NCBI GenBank assembly: GCA_015152455.1
Contig: SUTY01000001.1
Coordinates: forward strand, 5,807 to 69,806
Reading direction: 5' to 3'
Origin: Cyanobacteria bacterium SIG32
Lineage (GTDB): Bacteria > Cyanobacteriota > Vampirovibrionia > Gastranaerophilales > Gastranaerophilaceae
Length of the DNA stretch: 64,000 bases
Shown here: in pieces, positions 10,030 through 18,048 of the stretch
Layout: each line of letters begins with the position of its first letter
Numbering within the stretch: position 1 is the first letter of the stretch
Made by a program: the position numbers and the translations under genes
The notes under the pieces: model-generated
Database searches by the model: none
Told to the model about the DNA's origin: nothing
Seen by the model: only the letters and a program-made list of their open reading frames with translations

Positions 10030-10125
10030 TTCCTCGTGAAGCTATTTCAAAGAATTGAATATAAAAAACGCACAACTTCAATTCATAGCTACACGAGGAA
10101 GCTATGTTGATGATGATGAAGTTGT
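10030..10125 (-). promoter_or_regulatory. candidate transcription attenuator with mutually exclusive terminator and antiterminator hairpins
   Basis: Minus-strand RNA: ACAACTTCA (10125-10117) pairs with TGAAGTTGT (10080-10072) and is followed by GCGTTTTTT. Alternatively, GAATTGAA/TTCAATTC (10084-10077 with 10059-10052) plus TTCCTCGTG..AGCTAT/ATAGCT..CACGAGGAA (10100-10085 with 10045-10030) form a long hairpin that shares the TGAA bases. Confidence 0.45.
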
Positions 10126-10142
10126 AAATACGTTTTTGTCAT
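10089..10142 (-). CDS. candidate leader peptide MTKTYLQLHHHQHSFLV (17 aa, 4 His in 5 residues)
   Basis: ATG ACA AAA ACG TAT TTA CAA CTT CAT CAT CAT CAA CAT AGC TTC CTC GTG TAG, preceded by AAAGGG 8 nt upstream. The His codons overlap the 5' arm of the terminator stem. Confidence 0.4.
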   Translation of the reverse strand: MTKTYLQLHHHQHSFLV

Positions 10143-10163
10143 TTATATTTCCCTTTGTTGCTT

Positions 10164-10192
10164 ATTCTATCACGACTATTTTTAGATTTCAA
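10164..10192 (-). promoter_or_regulatory. sigma-70-type promoter: TTGAAA, 17 nt, TG-n-TAGAAT
   Basis: Minus strand reads TTGAAATCTAAAAATAGTCGTGATAGAAT. The -35 element overlaps the last codons of the upstream gene. Confidence 0.5.
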
Positions 10193-10757
10193 CATCAAAT
10201 TTTATTAAGTCATTTGAATCATTAACACGGTCGTGTAATCCAAATCTATATTCCATCAATTCAACTTCAGAAAGTGAGTCAATAGCGGTATCTAATTGTC
10301 TTAATGTTGGATTTTCTTCACCAGTTAATCTTTCTATATATCTTGGAGTTTCTATGATTTTTAAGATAGCTTCTTTTTTGTTGTTTTCAACATTTTTAAT
10401 GATATCTTCTTCAGCATCTAAAATATCTTGTTTTTCTAAGCTGAAAAATTGTCCATACAGTGTCATGCCTTTATTAACATTTAGATTACCCCCATATAAT
10501 GTTGATAATTTTTCGTTACATAAAGAGAGTGAAACATCACCGTTATCAAGGTCAACGCTTTCAGTGATAACTGAATCTCTACGTCCCCAACTATTTAATT
10601 CTTTTACAGCAGTATTAAATCGTTCAGTTTCGTGTGCACGTTTAGCTTCTGCGTAAAGTTTTTTTGATAAATCTTCTGATAATCTTGCTTGAAAACAAGG
10701 TTTTTTACAATTTCTGTTACTATAATTTTGCATAGAGTAGTTTGAATTAATTTGCAT
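10182..10757 (-). CDS. hypothetical protein (191 aa) with an Asn-rich N-terminus
   Basis: Strong RBS AAGGAG. Starts MQINSNYSMQNYSNRNCKKPCFQARL. No recognised domain. Confidence 0.55.
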   Translation of the reverse strand: MQINSNYSMQNYSNRNCKKPCFQARLSEDLSKKLYAEAKRAHETERFNTAVKELNSWGRRDSVITESVDLDNGDVSLSLCNEKLSTLYGGNLNVNKGMTLYGQFFSLEKQDILDAEEDIIKNVENNKKEAILKIIETPRYIERLTGEENPTLRQLDTAIDSLSEVELMEYRFGLHDRVNDSNDLIKFDVEI

Positions 10758-10813
10758 GGTTATATTTTCTCCTTTGTTTGTATTTTAAAAGTGCTGAAAA
10801 TATTTTTTGCTAG

Positions 10814-11098
10814 TTAATTAAATTTTTCTTTAATAAAATTTAATTTTTCCACTTCTGAAATTTTGAATAGAACAGTTTTTTCTTTGTTTGTTGTGCCTTT
10901 AACTATTTCAATGTAAGTTTTTGGCACTTTGAATTCTTTTGAAAGATACTCTACAAGTGCTTTATTTGCTTTTCCGTCAATGGGTTGAGCTGTAATTTTA
11001 ATTTTTACACCATCTTCAGTTTTAATAATTTCATTTTTAGAAGCGTTAGGTGAAATTTTAAATTGTACAATCAAGCCGTCCTTAGTTTCTTTAATCAT
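10814..11098 (-). CDS. DUF167 (YggU) family protein
   Basis: 94 aa with the PNASKNEI ... AQPIDGKANKALVEYLSK pattern typical of YggU. Confidence 0.8.
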   Translation of the reverse strand: MIKETKDGLIVQFKISPNASKNEIIKTEDGVKIKITAQPIDGKANKALVEYLSKEFKVPKTYIEIVKGTTNKEKTVLFKISEVEKLNFIKEKFN

Positions 11099-11171
11099 AT
11101 GTAATCCTTATGAATGATATTCCTTAATTTTACTTGAAAAATAAATATAAAATTTGTATTATTATTATACC

Positions 11172-13379
11172 ATGTCAGATTTAGAACTATTTCAAGAGAT
11201 AAAGCAAAAATTAAAAGATCAAAAAAGAAGTGCTGAAGATGTAGCTTTGATTGAAAAAGCCTATCTTTTTGCGAAAAAACTTCACGAAGGTCAGTATAGA
11301 ATTTCGGAAGAACCATATATTATCCATCCTGTAGAAGTTGCCAAAATTTTAGTTGATTTAAAGGTGGATACACCGACTTTAATTGCGGCATTTTTGCATG
11401 ATATTTTGGAAGATACTGAAACAAAGCCTGAAGAAATTAAGCAAATGTTCGGTGATGATGTTTTAACCTTGGTGCAAGGTGTCACAAAACTTGGGAAGCT
11501 CCAGTTTAAATCCAAAGAAGAGCGTCAGGCTGAAAATTTTCGCAGATTGTTTATTGCGATGGCAAATGATATAAGAATTATTTTCCTGAAGCTGGCGGAT
11601 AGGCTCCATAATATGCGTACTTTAAACTTTATGGCAGCTAACAAGCAAAGGAAAATTGCACGAGAAACTTTAGATATTTTTGCGCCATTAGCAAACCGTT
11701 TAGGGATGGGGAAAATTAAGGCTGAACTTGAAGATTTATCTTTGAGATATTTAGAGCCTGATAAATATTTTGAAATTGCACAATTGGTTTCTCAAAAGAA
11801 AGTTGAGAGAGAACAAACTGTTCAATTATTGATTGATAAAATTTCTAAAGATGTTAAGAATGCTGGTATTAATGCTCAAATTACAGGACGAGCAAAGCAT
11901 TATTACAGTATTTATATAAAAATGAAACGGCAAAATATAGCGTTTCATGATTTGTACGATATTACTGCAGTTCGTGTAATTGTTGGAAGTGAAAAAGAGT
12001 GTTACGAAGTTTTAGGATTAATTCATTCTCAATTCAAGCCTATTCCAGGACGTTTTAAAGATTACATAGCAATGCCAAAAGGTAATCTGTATCAATCTTT
12101 ACACACTTCAGTAATTGGACCGAGGTCAAAACCTCTTGAAGTTCAGATCAGAACTTGGGAAATGCATGAAATTGCAGAATATGGGGTTGCGGCACACTGG
12201 CGATATAAAGAAAAAGGCTCAGAAAAAGCTAATAACGCATCAGATTTGCAATTCTCTTGGATGCGTAAAATGGTTGAATATGATAAAGAAATGGCAAATG
12301 CTGCCGATTATGTAAATTCTGTTAAACTGGATTTATTTTCAGATCAAGTTTTTGCATTCACTCCAGGTGGAGATGTTTTAGATTTACCAAAGGATGCAAC
12401 ACCTGTCGATTTTGCATATCGTATTCATAGTGATGTAGGGCACAAGACAATTGGTGCAAAGGTTAACGGTCGTATTGCTCAGCTTGATACTAAACTTGTG
12501 AATGGTGATATTGTAGAAATTTTAACTTCTAAAACTCCAGCTCCACGCTTAGATTGGTTAAACTTCGTTGTAACCAAACAAGCATCTTCAAAAATTAAGC
12601 AATGGTTCAAAAAGAATAATCGTGAAGAACATATTGAGATTGGTAGATCAAATTTAGAACATGAATTAACAAAAGCTATTTTTGATGAATATTTAAAACA
12701 AGGTGAATTTGATAAAATAGCAAAACAAATGAATTATGTTTCGGCAGAAGATTTGTTTGCCGCTTTAGGTTATGGTGAAACAACATTAAACAAAATTGTT
12801 AATAAAATCCAAAAACCAAAAGAAAAAACACCAGTTGAAGAAAAATTCCACGCAACTTCTCGTAGAAAGTCCGAAAAAGATATTGTGGGATTGGAAGGAA
12901 TGTTGTATTCCTTCGCACGTTGTTGTTCTCCTATTCCTGGTGAACCGATTGTTGGTGTTGTAACTCGATCAAAAGGTGTTACAGTCCATAGAATTGATTG
13001 CAAAACATTGGAAAACATTGAGCCAGAAAGAATGATGGATATTCAATGGGCAGGTAATAACACTAATAAAACTTACACAACTACTATCCGTATTGAAACG
13101 GCAGACAAAATGGGCTTGTTAAAAGATATTATTGCTGCAGTTTCTGATAATAATACAAATATTATTACAGCGAACGTCAAATCTAAAAATAACGTTGGTA
13201 TAATTGAAATTGGTTTGGAATTAGATAATATCGAAACTTTGAAAAAAGTTACAAACTGCTTGCAATCTATGCAAGATGTTTATAGCGTAAAACGTATTCA
13301 AACATCTGCATCCACTGCAACACCAAACAAAAAGCCTAATAATTATAATAAATCTCGTGCAAGTCGTAAGAAATCGTGA
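11172..13379 (+). CDS. rel: bifunctional (p)ppGpp synthetase/hydrolase (long RSH: HD, synthetase, TGS, ACT)
   Basis: Start trimmed to MSDLELF. HD motif HPVEVAKIL..LHDILEDT, synthetase motifs ITGRAKHYYSIYIKM and EVQIRT, a TGS region and a C-terminal ACT-like region. Confidence 0.95.
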   Translation: MSDLELFQEIKQKLKDQKRSAEDVALIEKAYLFAKKLHEGQYRISEEPYIIHPVEVAKILVDLKVDTPTLIAAFLHDILEDTETKPEEIKQMFGDDVLTLVQGVTKLGKLQFKSKEERQAENFRRLFIAMANDIRIIFLKLADRLHNMRTLNFMAANKQRKIARETLDIFAPLANRLGMGKIKAELEDLSLRYLEPDKYFEIAQLVSQKKVEREQTVQLLIDKISKDVKNAGINAQITGRAKHYYSIYIKMKRQNIAFHDLYDITAVRVIVGSEKECYEVLGLIHSQFKPIPGRFKDYIAMPKGNLYQSLHTSVIGPRSKPLEVQIRTWEMHEIAEYGVAAHWRYKEKGSEKANNASDLQFSWMRKMVEYDKEMANAADYVNSVKLDLFSDQVFAFTPGGDVLDLPKDATPVDFAYRIHSDVGHKTIGAKVNGRIAQLDTKLVNGDIVEILTSKTPAPRLDWLNFVVTKQASSKIKQWFKKNNREEHIEIGRSNLEHELTKAIFDEYLKQGEFDKIAKQMNYVSAEDLFAALGYGETTLNKIVNKIQKPKEKTPVEEKFHATSRRKSEKDIVGLEGMLYSFARCCSPIPGEPIVGVVTRSKGVTVHRIDCKTLENIEPERMMDIQWAGNNTNKTYTTTIRIETADKMGLLKDIIAAVSDNNTNIITANVKSKNNVGIIEIGLELDNIETLKKVTNCLQSMQDVYSVKRIQTSASTATPNKKPNNYNKSRASRKKS

Positions 13380-13398
13380 GAAGTGTTTTATATAACAC

Positions 13399-13424
13399 AT
13401 CGGAGCCTAAAGATAGACTCCGAT
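13399..13424. repeat. hairpin ATCGGAG-N12-CTCCGAT, near-identical copy of the pilin-gene terminator hairpin at 42489-42514
   Basis: ATCGGAGCCTAAAGATAGACTCCGAT versus ATCGGAGCCTAAAAATAGACTCCGAT (25 of 26 identical). Confidence 0.8.
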
Positions 13425-13534
13425 AGATTTATATATAGACAGACATAGCCTAATCTGCACTACTGAAATACCCAATTTAACGTTTTAAAATTTATGTGGA
13501 TAATCTTCAGGAATTTTCCAATTATTCATTTGGA

Positions 13535-13648
13535 TTAGTTTAGTACAGTATGCACGTTCTTGCCCCATAGGTTCTGTATAATTGCCGTTAATGTCGGAAT
13601 AGTCATTGCTGCAACAACACCAATGATTGCGAGGGTAATCAATACCTC
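13535..13648 (-). pseudogene. remnant of a type IV pilin-like gene (N-terminal helix only, no start codon)
   Basis: Minus strand reads EVLITLAIIGVVAAMTIPTLTAIIQNLWGKNVHTVLN-stop, directly fused to the GTGAYCAAG leader module. TAG TGA lie in frame upstream. Nucleotide-level similarity to 43560-43600 is high. Confidence 0.6.
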
Positions 13649-13693
13649 TTGATCACTTGGTCACTAAAACCCTGATCACTTCTTATCTTACTA
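13648..13693 (-). repeat. pilin leader/operator module, copy A: TAAGAT -10-like box then GAAGTGATCAGGGTTTTAGTGACCAAGTGATCAAG
   Basis: Aligns almost base for base with 43853-43898 (copy B) and partially with 42311-42344 (copy C). Confidence 0.7.
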
Positions 13694-13768
13694 TTTTTTT
13701 TAATTGATTGCAATAGTTAACAATTTTAACGTATTTGCAATATCAAAATTCCCTGTTAACATAGTGTT

Positions 13769-15457
13769 ATGGGGAGAATTTTATTTGTATCAAATAGAAT
13801 TGAAAAGGTTCAACAGTATGCTTCTATTTTTAGTCAGAAGCAGTATGAATTTGTGACATCTTGTGATGAAAATTCAGTTCTTGAAATTTTAAGTGTTAAT
13901 GTTGCGGATGTGATAATTTTTGACGATTCACTTCCTGGTGTTAAGCAAATTATGAAAAAAGTTAAATCTATTGAGCCAACTTCGGCTATAATTTTGTTGA
14001 CATCTTTGCATAGTCCAGATCAGGAATTATTGAAATATACAAATGCCTTCTTAACTGAGAATATGTCTGAAGGATTAATTTTAGCAACTGTTAGTGTAAA
14101 TTTAAAAACAAAGAGTTCACTGGAACAATTGTCTGATACTAACAAAAACTTAGCTGATAGTTTGTACAGATTAAATGTTTTGTACAGTACAAGTTCCCAG
14201 TTTGCAGGTTCTTTAGATAAGAAAAAGTTAATTGATTACATGATAGAGGGTTTAGACAAGTCTTTAAGTTTTGGATTGACTTGTACTTTGTGTACTGATA
14301 GTGAACCTGTTTTAATTTTAAATTCTCTATATGAAATTTCAGATGAACTTTTGAGTGCAATAAAAGTCAGAACTGTGTTGAATTACAAGTCTTTATTTGA
14401 GGATAAAACTCCTCCATTTGAAATTGATGCAGAATCTTTGAAAGTGGTTAAAAATGTAAAATACCCAGCTAATAGATTTACTTTTTCATTGTTTCAATAT
14501 GATAATATGTTTGCACCAATCAGCTTGGGTGAAAATTTCTTTGGTTGCATTGAAATATTTAAAGAAACCCCTTTTACGTCTGATGATGCAACTTGTTTTC
14601 AAACCATTGCACAACAAGTCTCTTTACCGTTAAAAAGCGCAACACTTTATCAGGAAATTAAAGAAACAAACTTGAAGCTCGAAAAATTAGAAAGGTTAAA
14701 ATCGGAATTTATTTCGATTGTTTCTCACGAATTAAGAACCCCACTTACCGCAATCAAAAACTCTTTAGATATTATGACAAGTGGCAAGTGTGGTGAGTTA
14801 AATGAAGCTGGTGGGAAATTTCTTTCTATGGCTCAACGCAATGTGCAAAGGCTTTCCGGAATTATTAATGATTTATTAGACTTGTCTAAAATCGAAGCTG
14901 GTAAGATGGATTATCATTTTGCTAATATAAATATTCATTCTGTAATTGATTATGTTATGTTGTCGTTGTCTGGTTTAGCGAAAGAAAAAGGGCTTAATCT
15001 GATAGCAGAAGAAACTCTTGATTTGCCTGAAATCTTCGCTGATGCTCAAAGGTTAGAGCAAGTTTTGACAAATTTGGTTTCTAATGCGATTAAATTCACT
15101 CCAGAAGGTAAGACAATAATAATTAGATCTCATATTGCTGATGCAACTCAATTGGTATCACACGAATGTTTTAGAGAAGATTTGAAAAAACTTTCAGGAC
15201 AATATATTGTTGTTTGTGTTGAAGATCAGGGAATTGGTATTGCGGAAAAAGATTTGATGCGTGCGTTTGATAAATTTGCACAAATCGAAAATTCACTTTC
15301 TCGAAAGGTTGGCGGATCAGGTTTAGGTTTGCCAATTGCTAAACAGTTATTAGAAGCACATAATGGTGCAATTTGGTGTGACAGTGAATTAGAAAAAGGC
15401 TCCAAATTCTATTTTGCAATTCCTGTAGCAGAAGCAAAAGTGTTATTAGCACATTAA
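13769..15457 (+). CDS. sensor histidine kinase with an N-terminal receiver-like domain
   Basis: H-box SIVSHELRTPLTAI; N, G1 and G2 boxes (LVSNAIKFTPEG, DQGIGI, GGSGLGLPIAKQL); N-terminal VADVIIFDDSLPG receiver-like fold. Confidence 0.85.
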   Translation: MGRILFVSNRIEKVQQYASIFSQKQYEFVTSCDENSVLEILSVNVADVIIFDDSLPGVKQIMKKVKSIEPTSAIILLTSLHSPDQELLKYTNAFLTENMSEGLILATVSVNLKTKSSLEQLSDTNKNLADSLYRLNVLYSTSSQFAGSLDKKKLIDYMIEGLDKSLSFGLTCTLCTDSEPVLILNSLYEISDELLSAIKVRTVLNYKSLFEDKTPPFEIDAESLKVVKNVKYPANRFTFSLFQYDNMFAPISLGENFFGCIEIFKETPFTSDDATCFQTIAQQVSLPLKSATLYQEIKETNLKLEKLERLKSEFISIVSHELRTPLTAIKNSLDIMTSGKCGELNEAGGKFLSMAQRNVQRLSGIINDLLDLSKIEAGKMDYHFANINIHSVIDYVMLSLSGLAKEKGLNLIAEETLDLPEIFADAQRLEQVLTNLVSNAIKFTPEGKTIIIRSHIADATQLVSHECFREDLKKLSGQYIVVCVEDQGIGIAEKDLMRAFDKFAQIENSLSRKVGGSGLGLPIAKQLLEAHNGAIWCDSELEKGSKFYFAIPVAEAKVLLAH

Positions 15458-15520
15458 CAAATTTTAACAAACTAGAAGTTCCGAGAACGTGTGCTATAAT
15501 GTAATAAATAGGGGACGTGT

Positions 15521-15886
15521 ATGAAAAAAATTCTTATTGTTGATGATGAACAAGATATTGTAGAAAGCCTTAAGTTTGTATTAGAGGCTTCTGATTATGC
15601 TTGCTACTGTGCTTATAATGGCGAAGATGGATTGAAATTGGCAAAAGAATTAGTGCCGGATTTGATGATTTTGGATGTTATGATGCCAAAAATTAACGGC
15701 TACAAGATTAGTAGATTATTAAAATACGATAATAAATACAAAGATATTCCGATTTTGATGGTTACTGCTCGTTCACAGGAAGAAGATAAACTAATCGGCG
15801 AAGAAACTGGTGTGAATGAATATATCACAAAACCTTTTGATTTGAATGATGTGGTGAACAAAGTTAAACAATATTTGGGCGAATAA
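15521..15886 (+). CDS. single-domain response regulator (CheY-like)
   Basis: ILIVDDE, DLMILDVMMP, TAR...KPF receiver signature; 121 aa. Confidence 0.9.
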   Translation: MKKILIVDDEQDIVESLKFVLEASDYACYCAYNGEDGLKLAKELVPDLMILDVMMPKINGYKISRLLKYDNKYKDIPILMVTARSQEEDKLIGEETGVNEYITKPFDLNDVVNKVKQYLGE

Positions 15887-17268
15887 TGGAAACAGTTACT
15901 AATAAAACTCTTGAAAAATTGAAATATGACTTAGTTAGAGCAGGGTTGGTTCAGTATGAGGTTATTGAACAGGCTGAAGAAATCTCTAATGCCCAAAATA
16001 TTAATATCGGTCAAGCCTTAATAAACTCAGGAGTGATAACTGAAGAAACTTTATTAAAGTTTTTAGAAGCTAAGTTGCATATACCTTATGTAAATTTAGA
16101 AGATTATTCTCTGGATCCGAATTGCTTAAAATTTGTAAGTTACTCAGATGCAAGGCGTTATCGTATAATTCCATTGTTTAAAATAGAAGATACTTTAACT
16201 GTAGCAATGGCAGATCCTTTGGATTTATTTGCAATTGATAAAATTATAGAAACAGCTGAATGTTCAATTGAGCCTGTAATTTCTTCTGAGCCTGGAATTA
16301 TCAAAAAAATTGAAGAATATTATAAAACTGATAGTACAGTTGGCGAAATTTATACAGATTCAAATGTAGGATTTGATTGGCGTGATGAGTTGCATAGTGA
16401 GGATTTGAGTGATAATCATATCCAAAAAATTATCCGAGCAATTTTGAAACAAGCAATTATGGAAGATGTTCATGAAGTTACTTTCCAAGGCGAAGATGAG
16501 GGGTTTGGAGTTAACTTCAAAAAAAGTGGTGAGTTGCATAATAAAGGTGTAATTCCTAATGTTTTAATATCTTCACTGGTTGCAAAATTGAAAACTCTGG
16601 CTGAATTGGATCCGTCAGTTTCTGAGGTTCCACAATTAGGGAAATTGAATTTTAAAGTTGATGATGTGCAGTTAGTTGCAAGTATCTCAACTTTCCCTAC
16701 AATTATGGGTGAAAGAATTTTCTTGAAAATATATAAACCGCCTCATGCATTGAATAAAATTATTACAAATGACGCTCATCTAAAATCAGTTAAAAAATCA
16801 TTGTCTGAGCCTGGTATAATTTTGGTTTGTGGCTCTCCATTAAGTGGGAAAACCCACGTGATTTATTCACTTTTGTTAGAGGCTGCCAAAAATAATGCTA
16901 AAAATATTATGACCCTTGAAAGTATTGCAAAATATACTTTAAAAGGTGTCAATCAATGCGAATTGAATGAAAATATTGGTTTTAATATGGATAAGGCTTC
17001 AAGATTTATAGAATTCCAATCTCCAGATATTATTTATTTAGAAGGTATCAAAACAAAAGAATCTTTTGATTATTTTTCAGGGCTTGTTTTTGAAGGTAAG
17101 ACTATTATTATGGAGTTTTTAGCAAATAATATGGAAGATTTGCGTAACAAAATGGCGTTTTCAGACTTTGAAACCTTAAAATCTCTTATTAGCAGCATGG
17201 TGTTTATCCACTCTAAAAATAGTGTAGAAGTTTTTGATAAAAATACTCTTCAAAAATATTTGGTTTAA
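15886..17268 (+). CDS. PilB/GspE-like protein: GspE-N/MshEN-type N-domain plus a degenerate, shortened ATPase domain
   Basis: The ATG overlaps the response-regulator stop (TAATG). The N-domain reads NIGQALINSGVITEETLLKFLEAKL ... IPLFKIEDTLTVAMADPLD. Walker A is GSPLSGKT, but the Asp-box, Walker B Glu and His-box positions are substituted. Confidence 0.7.
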   Translation: METVTNKTLEKLKYDLVRAGLVQYEVIEQAEEISNAQNINIGQALINSGVITEETLLKFLEAKLHIPYVNLEDYSLDPNCLKFVSYSDARRYRIIPLFKIEDTLTVAMADPLDLFAIDKIIETAECSIEPVISSEPGIIKKIEEYYKTDSTVGEIYTDSNVGFDWRDELHSEDLSDNHIQKIIRAILKQAIMEDVHEVTFQGEDEGFGVNFKKSGELHNKGVIPNVLISSLVAKLKTLAELDPSVSEVPQLGKLNFKVDDVQLVASISTFPTIMGERIFLKIYKPPHALNKIITNDAHLKSVKKSLSEPGIILVCGSPLSGKTHVIYSLLLEAAKNNAKNIMTLESIAKYTLKGVNQCELNENIGFNMDKASRFIEFQSPDIIYLEGIKTKESFDYFSGLVFEGKTIIMEFLANNMEDLRNKMAFSDFETLKSLISSMVFIHSKNSVEVFDKNTLQKYLV

Positions 17269-17999
17269 GCGATATAGAAAGCTAAATTAATTAAAAAATC
17301 GGCAATAAGCAAATAAACAGTTGTTGTTATAGAAGCCTGTGTTGTAGAAAGCCCGACTTCTTTTGCTCCGCCTTTTGTTTCATATCCTTGTGTAGAACAA
17401 ACAAGAGCAATTAAACCACCAAAAATAAATCCTTTAAACAGGCTTATAAAAATGTCTTTAGTGGATAACCATAGCCAAACTGAATTCATGTATCTTGCAG
17501 GATGTAAGTCAATAGTGTTTGCAGATACGAACATGCCACCTAAAATCCCTATGACTTCAGCTAAAAATACAACCATAGGAACAGTAAAAGCAGCTGCGAT
17601 TATTCTAGGTGTAAAGAAATAACCAATGGGGTCAACTTTTAGAGTTTTTATAGCATCTACTTGAGAAGTTACCTGCATATTTGCAATTTCGGCAGATATT
17701 GCAGTTCCTGCTCTAGCACCTATAGCAAGTGCAACAAATCCTGGTGCAATTTCCCTAATCATGACAATTGCTATAGTTCCGCCGATATAGGTTTCAGCGC
17801 CAGTCATTAAAAATTGTTTGGATACCTGAATTGCAATAACTGCAGCGGCTATAAATGCAATTGTTAATGAAATTGTCAAAGAATCATAGCTTATAGATGC
17901 TGCCTGATTTATAATGCAGGAAAATCTAACCTGCCGTTGAAACAGGTATTTTAAGCACTTAATAAAATTTTGTACGCACAATCCCAAAAAATCTATCAT
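17265..17999 (-). CDS. mlaE: MlaE-family ABC transporter permease (lipid transport)
   Basis: Start trimmed to MIDFLGL. Conserved REIAPGFVALAIGARAGTAISAEIANMQVTSQVDAIKTL block. Confidence 0.8.
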   Translation of the reverse strand: MIDFLGLCVQNFIKCLKYLFQRQVRFSCIINQAASISYDSLTISLTIAFIAAAVIAIQVSKQFLMTGAETYIGGTIAIVMIREIAPGFVALAIGARAGTAISAEIANMQVTSQVDAIKTLKVDPIGYFFTPRIIAAAFTVPMVVFLAEVIGILGGMFVSANTIDLHPARYMNSVWLWLSTKDIFISLFKGFIFGGLIALVCSTQGYETKGGAKEVGLSTTQASITTTVYLLIADFLINLAFYIA

Positions 18000-18048
18000 A
18001 CAAAAAATATAACATAAAAGATAAATTTTGCTAAGTTTTGATTTTAAT

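Noticed and set aside
13494-13502. Perfect DnaA box TGTGGATAA
   Set aside because: It is a single isolated copy inside the decayed pilin cassette with no cluster or AT-rich unwinding element around it, so it is not evidence for oriC.
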